A DNA stretch of 64,000 nucleotides from Candidatus Latescibacterota bacterium (lineage in GTDB: Bacteria; Latescibacterota; UBA2968; GCA-2709665): positions 64,001 to 128,000 of the forward strand of contig CAXXXF010000003.1 of NCBI GenBank assembly GCA_963667175.2. The letters are read 5' to 3'. The notes under the pieces are model-generated. The model made no database searches. It worked only from the letters and a program-made list of their open reading frames with translations, and was not told where the DNA came from. Made by a program: the position numbers and the translations under genes. This document shows positions 29,039 to 39,438 of the stretch, piece by piece (within the stretch, counting starts at the first letter, position 1; each line of letters begins with the position of its first letter).

Positions 29039-30175
29039 TCAAGTGTTGAGTTCCACGCCCAGAATCCTTGCTGCGGTCCCCCCCATGATCATCTTCAGGT
29101 CGTCCTCGCCCAGAAACGCGCAGTACTTCTCAATCCACCGCCTGGACTGCCGGTACGTACAGAACCGGTTCTGAAACGGCATGTCCGTGCCCCAATTCAG
29201 GTGATCGGCGCCCACGTGCTCAACCATTGACTCCAACACCGGCCAGACCTCGCGGTAGGGAAAGTCGAACCAGTCACCGATGCGGACCGGAAAGCAGACT
29301 TCCAGATTACAGTTGGGGTTTTCGAACGGCAACCAGACGTCGGGCGGCATGGGCATGAAAGCGTCGTCCGCGACGAACGCGCGCCATGGAAATCCGTGGG
29401 TCAGGTTGACCACCACGTCCGGGTACCGTTCCATCCAGCGGATCAACGTCTTCTGTTCGTCCAGGTAGCCCTGGCGGGCGCCGTCCGGCGTCATCCGCCG
29501 CGTCACGTCGCCCGGCCCGGATCCCAGCGTAACGAAGATCGGCACGTTCAACGACGTCGCCGCGTCCCAGAACGGGTGACAGGACGGCGCGTCCCACGGC
29601 TCGGTGCCGCCGAAATAAGCCGGCCGGGCATTGAACTTGATCGCGTGGAGGCCATGCACCTCAATGGCCGTCCGGAGCTCCTCGATGACCGCATCCGTTT
29701 CGGTTCGGATGCGCCACTCGTCCACCGGCGCCATGGACCGGAGCCGGTCCGGGTACTGACGCACGCAGTCGGCAAGGAATTCGCTGTTGCGGGTCAACAT
29801 CGGGTTCGTGTGGATGAGCGCCATGTCCACGTCCGCGTAGTCCATCTCCGCGATCAGGCTGTGCGGCGTGTACTCCAGGTTCCGCAAATTGGGCGGATAG
29901 AATTGTTTCGTATAATCCTCTCCGTCTTTGGTCCAGACCACGCGCCCCTTCTGTCGGTCCACGCGGAAGTCCACGTCGGGCAGGTCTCGCCAGGACTCGT
30001 AATCCTGCGGGATCAGTCCGTCCGAAGTCGCCGGCGCCCGGTCCCGCACGCGCCAGGCCGGCTGGTGGTGCAGTCCCTGGGCCTCCTGGACCCATTTCAG
30101 GTGCGCCGCGCTGTTTTCGAACCCGGCCGGATCGTCCCCCGGCTCGAAACAATACGCGTGGGAATCGAATATCAT
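29039..30175 (-). CDS. Amidohydrolase family 2 protein
   Basis: IFDSHAY, THG, WGTDMP, GGTAARI. Confidence 0.8.
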   Translation of the reverse strand: MIFDSHAYCFEPGDDPAGFENSAAHLKWVQEAQGLHHQPAWRVRDRAPATSDGLIPQDYESWRDLPDVDFRVDRQKGRVVWTKDGEDYTKQFYPPNLRNLEYTPHSLIAEMDYADVDMALIHTNPMLTRNSEFLADCVRQYPDRLRSMAPVDEWRIRTETDAVIEELRTAIEVHGLHAIKFNARPAYFGGTEPWDAPSCHPFWDAATSLNVPIFVTLGSGPGDVTRRMTPDGARQGYLDEQKTLIRWMERYPDVVVNLTHGFPWRAFVADDAFMPMPPDVWLPFENPNCNLEVCFPVRIGDWFDFPYREVWPVLESMVEHVGADHLNWGTDMPFQNRFCTYRQSRRWIEKYCAFLGEDDLKMIMGGTAARILGVELNT

Positions 30176-30188
30176 CTTGCAATCCTTG

Positions 30189-30989
30189 TTACGCCGCGAC
30201 CTGTTCGGGCATCATTGCGCCTTCACCGAAGATCATCGAGAACGACGACTTTCGACTGGACCGGGTCCGCGCGTCGATATAACAGGCGCTGAAGGCCCGC
30301 CGGGGAACGTCCATCCGGTTCACCCCGGACCTGTGCAGCAGCCAGTTGTGAAGAATCACCACGTCCCCCGCGTCCATCGTCAGGTCCACGATCGTGTCTT
30401 CAGGACACCATTTCTGCTCATGTTCGTCCGAGATCGTGTGTCCCTGCTCGCTGAGAATGCCCAACTGGTGGGACCCAGGCGCCACCTGCACACATCCGTT
30501 CTCCGGTGTGGCCGAGTCCAGCGCCGTCCAGACCGTGACCAGCGGATCCCGGTCCACGCACCACGAACTCCCGCCGTCCTGATGCCAGGGCAGGTCGGAG
30601 CCCTGCTGCGCGGGCTTGTTCATGAACATCGCCCTGAAACAGGCGATCGACGCGTGCGCTCCGTAAATATACGCGCAGATTTCCTTGAAAACCGGCTTCT
30701 GCATATACGCCAGAAACAGGGGATCGAACTCCAGTCCCTGAATTTTTCGGTAATTCAGACTCGCCCCCTGGTGACCGATTCCGCCGCCCCGTACCTCTTC
30801 GTACCGGTTTGTGTTCGCATCGATCTGCATGGTCAACCGGCCGTAGTCCAGCAACGCCTGTCCAAGCATAATCTCATCGATTCGCCGCTGCAGTCCGGCC
30901 AGTTCCTCTTCGCCGCACTGGCTGCCGATTTTCACGAAACCGTCCCGGTGGTAATCGCTCCACTGGTCCTGCGAAATGATCCGCTGCAT
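30189..30989 (-). CDS. Phytanoyl-CoA dioxygenase (PhyH) family protein
   Basis: WHQD, ENGC...PGSH, LLHRSG.N facial triad; ATG 30989. Confidence 0.9.
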   Translation of the reverse strand: MQRIISQDQWSDYHRDGFVKIGSQCGEEELAGLQRRIDEIMLGQALLDYGRLTMQIDANTNRYEEVRGGGIGHQGASLNYRKIQGLEFDPLFLAYMQKPVFKEICAYIYGAHASIACFRAMFMNKPAQQGSDLPWHQDGGSSWCVDRDPLVTVWTALDSATPENGCVQVAPGSHQLGILSEQGHTISDEHEQKWCPEDTIVDLTMDAGDVVILHNWLLHRSGVNRMDVPRRAFSACYIDARTRSSRKSSFSMIFGEGAMMPEQVAA

Positions 30990-31062
30990 AGGGTAATCTC
31001 CCGTTTTCGATGGAATTGACGGCGTGTGCTCCTGCAGTTGGTCCGGTTCGGGACGTCCATTG

Positions 31063-32637
31063 TCACAACGAGGATGCCAGCCGGTCGCGTACGACCCGCT
31101 TCCGGATTTTGCCGACCGACGTCCTCGGCAGCGCATCCACGAACGCGATCCGGTCCGGGACCTTGAACGCCGCGAGCCGCTTGGCGCAATACGACTGTAT
31201 GGTTCCCTCGCTCTCATTCGCGCCAGGTTTCAACACGACGGCCGCGACGACGCGTTCGTCGAGAATCTCGTCAGGAACGCCCACCACACAGACGTCCGCC
31301 ACGCCCTCGCACTCCTGAATCACACCCTCCACTTCGATGCTGGAGATATTCTCTCCGGATCGCCTGATCAGATCCTTTTCCCGGTCCAAAAAATACAGAA
31401 ACCCGTCTTCATCCGCACGTACCGTATCTCCTGAATACAGCCAGGCGCCGTCAGGGTGGCAACGCAGGGTCTCCGCGGTCGCTTCCGGACTCTTCAGGTA
31501 ACCCAGCATGACCGTTCGTCCCGGAATCCCCTGTACGATCAACTCACCCGGCGTGCCCGCCTCCACGTCCTCACCCTGTCCGTCCACCACTTTCACACGG
31601 TAACCGGGCGCCGGCTTTCCCATTGCCGTAAGGTTTCGTCTCCCCGTCAACGGACTCATCACCGGGAGCCCGCACGTCTCCGTCATCCCCCACAACTGCT
31701 GCAGCGGCGCCCTGAACCGCCGATGCCAGGCTTTGTACTGACTCGATGTGAGATTCTGGGCGAACGTGACGTTCCGGATCCCGTGCGCCGCGTCGGTCTT
31801 CCGCTCCGGCTGGTTCAGCAGCATCCGCAGCAAGGCGCCGAACAGGGCGGCCATGGTGCAGCCGTATTCGATCGCCTGTTCGAAGAAACGGCCTGCGCTG
31901 AACCGGGGCATTACCGCCACGCTCGCGCCGGTCACCAGGGAAGGCCACAGCGCGTGGCATTGCGCGCCGGCATGAAAGAGCGGAAGCACTACCAGGTGAC
32001 GGTCCTCCCGCCGCAGCCCCGAACCCTCGGCGAACACCTCCGCGCCGTAGACGAAGCAGGCATTGGTCAGCATCACCCCTTTGGGCCGCGAGGTGGTTCC
32101 GGAAGTATAGAGGAGTTGCACCACGCGCTCGGCCGCGCCGTGTCCGTCCGGCGGTTCCGCGCGCTGCACGGAGAGCGCGTCTTCGTAAACCGGAGTTCCG
32201 TCTGGGACTTCGTCGCCCGTATGGCATACCACAACGGGAATTTTCGAATGCGCCGCGACGCGGCTGGCTACGTCCAGGCAACCGGGATCGGAAAACGTCA
32301 ACTTGCTCCCGGAATGCCCGACCAGGTACGCCAGTTCATCCTCCGTGGAAGCCGGGTTCGTGGGCATGGCCGTCGCCCCGAGGCACGACGCGGCGAGGAC
32401 CAGTTGCACATAGGCCGGGTGGTTGGACAGGTGAAGATTGAAGACGTCCCCGGCGCGGATCCCGAGTTCAACCAGGAGGTTGGTCGCTTGATGCACACTG
32501 TGGAGGAACGCGGCGTACGTCCAGCGGAAAACCCGCCCGTCCGCCCGTTCGAAAACCATCCATTCCCGGTCCGGCTGCCTGCCCGCGCAGCCCGCGAAGT
32601 CCAGGTACAGCGTCCGGTCCGCCCCAACGTCGATCAT
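31063..32637 (-). CDS. Acyl-CoA ligase (CaiC-like AMP-binding enzyme)
   Basis: YTSGTTSRPKG, WGMTET, SGD, RSGENIS, LPRTSVGK. Confidence 0.9.
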   Translation of the reverse strand: MIDVGADRTLYLDFAGCAGRQPDREWMVFERADGRVFRWTYAAFLHSVHQATNLLVELGIRAGDVFNLHLSNHPAYVQLVLAASCLGATAMPTNPASTEDELAYLVGHSGSKLTFSDPGCLDVASRVAAHSKIPVVVCHTGDEVPDGTPVYEDALSVQRAEPPDGHGAAERVVQLLYTSGTTSRPKGVMLTNACFVYGAEVFAEGSGLRREDRHLVVLPLFHAGAQCHALWPSLVTGASVAVMPRFSAGRFFEQAIEYGCTMAALFGALLRMLLNQPERKTDAAHGIRNVTFAQNLTSSQYKAWHRRFRAPLQQLWGMTETCGLPVMSPLTGRRNLTAMGKPAPGYRVKVVDGQGEDVEAGTPGELIVQGIPGRTVMLGYLKSPEATAETLRCHPDGAWLYSGDTVRADEDGFLYFLDREKDLIRRSGENISSIEVEGVIQECEGVADVCVVGVPDEILDERVVAAVVLKPGANESEGTIQSYCAKRLAAFKVPDRIAFVDALPRTSVGKIRKRVVRDRLASSL

Positions 32638-33386
32638 CGGTCTTTCTTTCGCGCGATGAACGCCGCCAGGTTCGCCCGCGCGTCGTCCGTGCCGAAACAG
32701 GACTCGAAGGCCGACGAGGCGGCTTCATCCCACCTGGCGTCTCGCGCGGAGGAGATCCGGTTCAGCAGGGCCCTGGTCTCCCGCAGCGCCGCCGGAGGAA
32801 AGGTCGTCAGACGCAGCGCGAACGCCCTGACGCGATCCTTCAACGCATCGTCCGCGACGCAATCGTGCACCAGGCCGAACTCCTTCGCCTCGTCGCCGGT
32901 GACCGTTTCGCACCCCATCGCGATCCATTTGGCTGCCGATCCGCCGACAACCTCGACCAGCCGGCCCAACCCCCAGGGCGGCGTCCATCCCAGTTCCACC
33001 TCCGGCATGCTCAGACTCGCCGACGTCGCCGCGATCCGAAAGTCGTGGTACATCGCCATCACCACACCGCCGCCGAGCACGTGGCCATGCAGCATCGCGA
33101 CGGTGGGCTGGGGAATCGCCTCGAGCATGGCGAAGGCGTCGGCGTGTTCTTTTTCTGCTTCCGCGGCTTCCCGTGCTGAGAGCGGCGCCAGGTCTTTCAG
33201 GTCGCTACCCGCGCAAAACGCCCGGCCCGCGCCGCTGGTGACCACAACCCGCACGTCGTCCCGATCGCGTATCCCTTCGAGGTGCGCCCCGAACGCGCGC
33301 ACGCTTTCGAGATCCATCGCATTCAACACCTCGGGCCGGTTCAACGTCAGCCAGGCGATTCCGTTGTCAACCGTCAGATCGATCAT
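32634..33386 (-). CDS. Enoyl-CoA hydratase/isomerase family protein
   Basis: LNRPEVLNA, AFCAGSDL, VLGGG, MPEVELG. Confidence 0.9.
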   Translation of the reverse strand: MIDLTVDNGIAWLTLNRPEVLNAMDLESVRAFGAHLEGIRDRDDVRVVVTSGAGRAFCAGSDLKDLAPLSAREAAEAEKEHADAFAMLEAIPQPTVAMLHGHVLGGGVVMAMYHDFRIAATSASLSMPEVELGWTPPWGLGRLVEVVGGSAAKWIAMGCETVTGDEAKEFGLVHDCVADDALKDRVRAFALRLTTFPPAALRETRALLNRISSARDARWDEAASSAFESCFGTDDARANLAAFIARKKDR

Positions 33387-33392
33387 AGAGGT

Positions 33393-33887
33393 CTATGCGG
33401 GTTTTTTCGGATAGTCGTACGACACCATCCGTCCGATGCCGCCCGATACGTCGGCCCAGGATTCGATCTCCAGATCGACGCAGCAGACGGCGCACGTTGG
33501 CATATAAATCGACGAGTCCGAAGCGAGATATCCGGCCAGGTCGGAGAAACCCGGATTATGCCCGACCAGGATTACTTCGCCGCAGTCGTCCGGGAGTTCC
33601 CGCACGACGGCAACCAGGTTGTGAAGGCTCGCCTCGTATATGGTCATTTCCTCAATGATTTCCTTCGCCGGGAACCCCAGTGCCTTCGCGATCGCCCGGG
33701 CCGTTTTTGCCGCTCGCCGCGCGGGACTGGAAACGATCATATCGGGCTTCGCCCCGCCTTTCTTCAGACGCGCGCCCATAGACGGCGCGTCCCGTTTGCC
33801 GCGTTTGTTCAACGGGCGCTCGAAATCGCCAAGCGACGGATCGCTCCAGCTCGACTTTGCATGTCGAATCACATAAAGCCGTTTCAT
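33393..33887 (-). CDS. sixA: SixA-like phosphohistidine phosphatase
   Basis: IRHAKSSW...DFERPLNKRG, SSPARRA..TA, VGHNPG. Confidence 0.85.
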   Translation of the reverse strand: MKRLYVIRHAKSSWSDPSLGDFERPLNKRGKRDAPSMGARLKKGGAKPDMIVSSPARRAAKTARAIAKALGFPAKEIIEEMTIYEASLHNLVAVVRELPDDCGEVILVGHNPGFSDLAGYLASDSSIYMPTCAVCCVDLEIESWADVSGGIGRMVSYDYPKKPA

Positions 33888-33955
33888 ACAGCGAAGCCCC
33901 CCACCCTGTGTAGATGACGGCCCCGGCGGACCTGATCCGGCCGGCGGAGCGGCGA

Positions 33956-34843
33956 CTACGGATCGCCCACGGGTCCGCGACCGTCCCAGATCAGCCTGGG
34001 TCCGCCGTCAAGCCCATAGATGTGTCCGGCCTCCCTTTCCCGCGGGTATCCCAGGCAATGGGAGACGTAGGTCACGCCTTCGATCTCGCGAAAGCGGTTT
34101 CGATGCTGATGTCCGTATACGTGCATCGACGCGCCGACTCGCCGCACCTGCGCATCCAGCCCACGGCATCCGGCTACCCGGCTGAAGTTGAACGCCGGGT
34201 GAGGATCCGCCGGCCATTTCCCGGGCGGCCGCCTGTCGGGGAGTCCGTAAATCAGTTCCTCCCTCGGCAGAACATGGCTGAACGAGATAACCGGCGCGTC
34301 GTATTCCCGCACGACGCGGCTCTCATTCACGCGAAGGAAATATTCCGCGGCCGGCGGTGCCGCCTCCGGCCACCTGACGAAATGATCGTCGCTCCACATG
34401 GACAACGTCGCGTCTTCGCCGGCCTTCGGCGAGTACAAGCTGTCCGGCCCCTCTTCCGGTTTCAGATACCACGAAAAGAGAGGAACGATCCACACGCCCG
34501 TCCCGTTGCCGGCCCGGCCGGGCCGCGTGTTGACGTCGAGCCGGTCGCAAAGGTCCAGTACCTGATCGAACTTGCCCAGAGACCCGCGGGGCGGCGTCGC
34601 TCGGCGCACCCACAATTCGTGGTTTCCCGGGACGAAAAACAAACTCGAGAACCGGGACCGCAGTTCCGACAGCGTCCCCTCCAGCCGGTCCATGCGGTCG
34701 GTGACGTCGCCGGCGAGAATCAACGTGTCCCGCCGATAACCGGATCGGGACAGCGCCCGGACCCAGGCCAGATTCAGCGCGGAATCCACGTGGATATCAG
34801 ACAGCGCGAATATGCGCGGCGTATCAATCTCGGTCTCGCCCAT
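33956..34843 (-). CDS. Calcineurin-like metallophosphoesterase
   Basis: SDIH, AGD, PGNHE, FSH, GHQH motifs. Confidence 0.88.
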   Translation of the reverse strand: MGETEIDTPRIFALSDIHVDSALNLAWVRALSRSGYRRDTLILAGDVTDRMDRLEGTLSELRSRFSSLFFVPGNHELWVRRATPPRGSLGKFDQVLDLCDRLDVNTRPGRAGNGTGVWIVPLFSWYLKPEEGPDSLYSPKAGEDATLSMWSDDHFVRWPEAAPPAAEYFLRVNESRVVREYDAPVISFSHVLPREELIYGLPDRRPPGKWPADPHPAFNFSRVAGCRGLDAQVRRVGASMHVYGHQHRNRFREIEGVTYVSHCLGYPREREAGHIYGLDGGPRLIWDGRGPVGDP

Positions 34844-34912
34844 GGCTGTCAACCGGTCCGCGCAGAGCATACGGATATGGCCGCCTCCACGATTCGCGAA
34901 AGGAAACCGGCG

Positions 34913-35545
34913 TTATTCCCTCCTTACCCTGCAAACCGCCCCGGAACCGGCGTCACAATACCAGAAATCCCCTTCCCACGTCGTCATGCCGTGAGGCTCC
35001 GGATACCCTTCGGGAATCTCGATCTTCTCGCGGACCACTCCATCCGCCGCGTTCAGACGGTAGATTGCACGGTGATTGGTTTCGACGCACCAGAGGTCCC
35101 CGCCTTCCCAGGCAATGCCGTGCGGCCGTTCCCCGGGAGCGGGAATCGAATGGACGACATCGAAGCCGTTCTCTACGTCCACCTCGTAGATCGTGGCCGA
35201 CGGCGGAACGGCCATCCAGAGGCAGCCGTCGCGCATTTCCAGGCCGTGGGCGCCCGTTTCCACCGCGCCGGGCGTATCGAAGCGTTGCAGTGTTTCCCCG
35301 GTCTGCCGGTCGACGTGGAGAATCTCCCGGCTGTACGTGGACGCCAGCCACAGCGCGGCGCCCGTGTCCGTAACCCCGCTTCCCTTGTCCGACGACGTCT
35401 CCAGCGTCTCAATCGATTCGCCCGAGAAGGAGACCAGAGCGACCTGATTCGTTTCCTGGTCCAGAATCCAGATGCCTTCGGACGTTGCCTGCATCCCGTT
35501 CGGATGCGGCCCCGGGGCGTCAAACTCGTGTGTGATTTCGACCAT
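34913..35545 (-). CDS. Small beta-propeller repeat protein (glutaminyl-cyclase/SMP-30-like)
   Basis: Five repeats of about 40 aa: APGPHPNG, SDKGSG, GAHG, APGERPHG, PEPHG, each followed by ..LW. Confidence 0.65.
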   Translation of the reverse strand: MVEITHEFDAPGPHPNGMQATSEGIWILDQETNQVALVSFSGESIETLETSSDKGSGVTDTGAALWLASTYSREILHVDRQTGETLQRFDTPGAVETGAHGLEMRDGCLWMAVPPSATIYEVDVENGFDVVHSIPAPGERPHGIAWEGGDLWCVETNHRAIYRLNAADGVVREKIEIPEGYPEPHGMTTWEGDFWYCDAGSGAVCRVRRE

Positions 35546-35597
35546 GCGCGCACTCCCCGTTTTCCGTGAATACGAACCAGCGATCCAAAACAGCCCG

Positions 35598-36422
35598 TCA
35601 CGCCACCCGCGTCGGCCTCGTGTTCATCAATCCGATGATGCTGTCGGGGTGCTCGTCGCGGGTGCTGAAACCCGGCGTGTCGCCGCGCCGTCTGTAGCGT
35701 GCGGTGCGCACGTACGGCGGGCTCATTTCCGGATAGCTGAAAGACGAAGGATCAGCCTTCAGCTTCTCGATCGCAGTCAATGCCCCTTCCCGGATGAGCG
35801 CGCGCGACCGCGCCGGCGCCAGGTTGACCGCGCTCAGCTTGGCGCGGCTGTATGCGTCCGCATCCAGGTCTTCCAGCCCGTCGGGAAGCAGGCCGCGTTT
35901 CACGCCGACCGTGACCACGCCGGGCGTGAGCGACTCGGCCTCGTCAGCGAACGCTTCCTCGCCGGCGGCGAAAATCGCGGGAACGCCGAGTTCCATCGCG
36001 CACAACACCAGCTGCCCGTATTCTCCAATGGAAATCCCGTTGATCGCATAGTCCACGCAGGCGAAACTGCCCGTATGGGTCAGGTGCGAATAGGGGGTGC
36101 CCGCCTTCGCGTGTTGCCCCACGTATGCCAGACCGTGGAACGATTCATCCAGGCTCCAGGGCCAGATCGGATCGGCATGGCCCCGCATCAATTGTGCGCG
36201 TTCGTCGAGAAGTTCCGGGTCCATCGCGCCGTGCCCGTGTCCGTCGACAACGAGAATCTCTTCCGCGCCGCCTTCGCAGAAGCCGTCCACGGCGGCGTTG
36301 ACCTCCAGCGTCAGGAGTCGCTTCGCTTTGTCGTAATACCTCGCCTCCGGCACGCACCAGTCCTCGAAGTTCAGAATGCCCGCGACGCCTTCCAGGTCCG
36401 TCATCATCATCAGCTTCATCAC
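35598..36422 (-). CDS. M55 family D-aminopeptidase (DppA-like)
   Basis: DLEGVAG, EVNAAV.G...GA, VDGHG, VGQHA, HT, GE. Confidence 0.88.
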   Translation of the reverse strand: MMKLMMMTDLEGVAGILNFEDWCVPEARYYDKAKRLLTLEVNAAVDGFCEGGAEEILVVDGHGHGAMDPELLDERAQLMRGHADPIWPWSLDESFHGLAYVGQHAKAGTPYSHLTHTGSFACVDYAINGISIGEYGQLVLCAMELGVPAIFAAGEEAFADEAESLTPGVVTVGVKRGLLPDGLEDLDADAYSRAKLSAVNLAPARSRALIREGALTAIEKLKADPSSFSYPEMSPPYVRTARYRRRGDTPGFSTRDEHPDSIIGLMNTRPTRVA

Positions 36423-36459
36423 CGATCTCCCGTCTGAATGCGACCATCGCCTTACACGT

Positions 36460-37653
36460 CTACGCTTCGCGCCCGACCCAGAAGTCGTTAAAGCCCGTCA
36501 CGGGCCCGTCGTCGTTCGGTCCGCTCGCCAGGTCCAATCCGCCGAACAGGTACATCGATTCACCCAGGGACACCATTCCGGGTACGCGCCGGACCCCCGG
36601 AACCGTCGCGGATGCCGAATAGTCTTTCGACCCGTCGTGCGCATGAAGACAGGTCCAGTCGCCAATACCCAGATTCAAGCGCCAGAGGTCGTTCAGTTGC
36701 GGCCCATTCACTTCCTCAGGCATGAACGTGCCCTGCGGTCCGAAACCGCCGAAAACGTACCATCGATCGCCAATCCGGGCCGACCCGTGGCCGTAGCGTG
36801 CGGAGGGCCGGTTCGCCGCCCCGAAGTCGTTTTCCGCGAGGCAGGTCCACGCGGCCGTGGCCGGATCGAAGCACCAGAGGTCGTTGTAGAACTGCGGATC
36901 GCGGTCCTGCGTATCCCGCCCGCCCCAGACGTAGATCCGGTCCTGCCACGCCGTCATCGACGTCACGTACCGTTTTGGAGGCCACACCCCGCGCCCCATC
37001 GCGTCGATCCGCTCCCAGGTTCCCGCGGCGGTATCGTACGTCCAGAGTTGCCTGCTCAGCACCGCGGTTTCCACCGTCGGGGGAAGCGGCGCCCGATGGC
37101 CCCATCCGCCAAAGAGATAGATCCTGCTCCCGATAACGGCCGTTCCGAACCCGCCCATGGTCGTCGGCCGGCCCAAGCCGGCGCAGTCGGGATGTTCCAG
37201 CAGGACGCCGTCGTCGGGCTCCAGCAGGGTCCAGCCCGCTTCCGACGGGTCGTACATCCACAGATCGTTCAGCAGGGTGAACTTCCACCCTTCGCTCAGG
37301 ATCGACAGCCCGCCGAACAGGTAGAACCTTCCGTCGATCTCGACCCACGCAGGCAGCATGCGGGCGCAGGGCCGGTCCGCCGAGACGTCAAAACCCGTCG
37401 CGCCGTCGTTCTCCTCCAGCTGGTCCCATCTCCCAGCCGCCGGATCGTATGCCCAGACGTCGTTCAACCCGCCGAGCGTGGACTTGTTTCCCTGACCCGA
37501 GGAAGCGCCGTATCTGAGCGTGCCCCCGCCGAACATATAGACGCGTCCACGGTAGGACAGCATCGCGCCCGGCGCTTCTCTGGCGCAGGGTACGCGACCG
37601 TCCGTCGACGCAACGTCGGGATGCAACAGGCGCCATTGGAACGTGGAACCCAT
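36460..37653 (-). CDS. Kelch repeat beta-propeller protein
   Basis: Six Y.FGG...NDLW.YDP...W blades; ATG 37653; no obvious signal peptide. Confidence 0.88.
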   Translation of the reverse strand: MGSTFQWRLLHPDVASTDGRVPCAREAPGAMLSYRGRVYMFGGGTLRYGASSGQGNKSTLGGLNDVWAYDPAAGRWDQLEENDGATGFDVSADRPCARMLPAWVEIDGRFYLFGGLSILSEGWKFTLLNDLWMYDPSEAGWTLLEPDDGVLLEHPDCAGLGRPTTMGGFGTAVIGSRIYLFGGWGHRAPLPPTVETAVLSRQLWTYDTAAGTWERIDAMGRGVWPPKRYVTSMTAWQDRIYVWGGRDTQDRDPQFYNDLWCFDPATAAWTCLAENDFGAANRPSARYGHGSARIGDRWYVFGGFGPQGTFMPEEVNGPQLNDLWRLNLGIGDWTCLHAHDGSKDYSASATVPGVRRVPGMVSLGESMYLFGGLDLASGPNDDGPVTGFNDFWVGREA

Positions 37654-37829
37654 ATGACTTGCGCGCCTTTCCCTGTTTCCGCGGGTAACCGCCTCGCCGG
37701 ACGCCGGCTCAGCGAACGGCCTGCATAACCAGATGCGAGGGGTATTCCTCCGAGTGATGAACTTCCCGGGTTGCCGCAATGAGTTCCGTTTCCGCCAGGC
37801 TGTAATGATTCCTAACCGCTATCCGCGAT

Positions 37830-39388
37830 TCAGATCCGCTCCATAATCTCCCGAAAACCGTTTACGGCATCCAGGAATCCCGAAGGACCGGGCATCGGCC
37901 GGAGGCAGAAGATCCCGTCGAAACTCCGGCACCGGAGATTGGAGAGAATCTCAACGAACTCCGCGTTGCCCCTGCCGGGGACCGCCGGATCCCCGCTGGC
38001 CGCGACCAGGTCCCTGAAGTCGACGTGTCTGACAAACCGGCGGATCGGCCCCTTGTAAAGCCCCATGATAGAAAGGGCTTCCACCCGACACCGCCACGGC
38101 GGCCGGATCGTATGCCATGTGTACACCGGCCTCCCCGATCTCTCTCAAACCTTTTGCGATATCCGCCGGGTTCACACCCGCGGGATTCCCCACCAGCACG
38201 TCCATCGCATTGTCATCGGCGACCCGGGAGAGCCGTTCGAGAGCTCCGCTCAGATCCGCCCGATCGAGGTCCTCGGGCAGCCGGACATGCAGGTATTCCG
38301 CATCGAAACCGGATGCAATTTCACAAGCCTCCGCCAGCGCCTCCGCAGATGCGAACGGCGTGCGCAATACCGCGACGTCGAGGATCCGTTCTCCCAGCCC
38401 TTCGCCGGGTAGGTCGATATCGACCAGGTGATTCGTATGCATTTCGACGTGTGAAATCCCCGCCTTTGCGACCGAATCAAGTGTCTTATCGGCATTGGCG
38501 TTCACCGCCCACAGCGGCACGCTCAATCTGAAATCCTCACCCTGCAGCAGGGCTTTCAGGGATTCCCCGCCAGTGGCTGCCGTTTGACGCAACTCCCTCG
38601 GCCGGTTTCCCGAAGATCTCGCGATCTTCTCCCGGAATCCAACGCAGTCGGCGCAGTGCGGATTCTCGTCCAGCGCAAACCCGGGGTCGCGCGACATTTC
38701 ACGGCGCATGACGGCCGCGGCGCGGGGTGCGTCGATCAGCCGGCAGACTGCCGGCCCAACCGTACCCACGGCCATGGCCCCTTCGGCCCTGAACAGCCGG
38801 TCGAACTTCAACACGCCCCCGCGGTGTCCGCCCGGACACCGGCGAATCGACATGGTGCGGACCTCGCCGGAGGCGTCCACGTACTGCATTTCCAACTCGC
38901 GGAGGTACGGCAGGTCCAGCTCCGCCTCCACCGTGTGAAGCAGCGTCATCGTATCCAGGTCGCACCCGACGTGCAGCACCTTGCCGCCGAGGGTGATCAG
39001 TCGGCCATAGGGCGTTTCCGGGCCGTCGGGCACGGCGCTTTTCTCATGATCGGACAGGATTTCCGCCGCCCTGGCGCCGTACCCGGCCACCGGATGATAG
39101 GGGTGCCGGCTGCGCAGCACGCCGGGACGCAGCCGGAACGTCTCGCTGATGGTTCCCATGTCCGAGGGGATGGTGTCCGGATCGAACGTGCGTCCGTCGC
39201 GGGCCGGATGGGTGGGCATCATCAGGGTCCCGCCGGAGCCCACGACGTCGAGAAGGGCGTCGATCACCCCGTCCGCGCCGCCCGAAACGCGGCCCAGTGC
39301 GCTCAGGGACGAATGCGCCACCACGATCGCGCCCGGGCTGCAATCCGAGCGCCGACAACCCGTCTGCGATTTCACGTTGCGTCAGCAT
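37830..39388 (-). CDS. AAC(3)-family domain fused to a TIM-barrel-like domain (two apparent +1 frameshifts)
   Basis: MLTQREIADGLSALGLQPG | AIVVAHSSLS...GTLMMPT...RSRHP...TLLHTVE...PHCADC...FYHG | LYKG...PGRGNAEF; an extra base in the G-runs (- strand) at 39332-39334 and 38061-38064. Confidence 0.75.
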
Positions 39389-39438
39389 CGTTGCCGCGAA
39401 TCCTCCCTGACACGGCGGCCGCTCCGGGCGGCACGCCA

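Noticed and set aside
33393-33887. SixA as the dedicated phosphatase of the HPt kinase
   Set aside because: About 9 kb away and separated by a terminator and unrelated genes; nothing in the sequence links them
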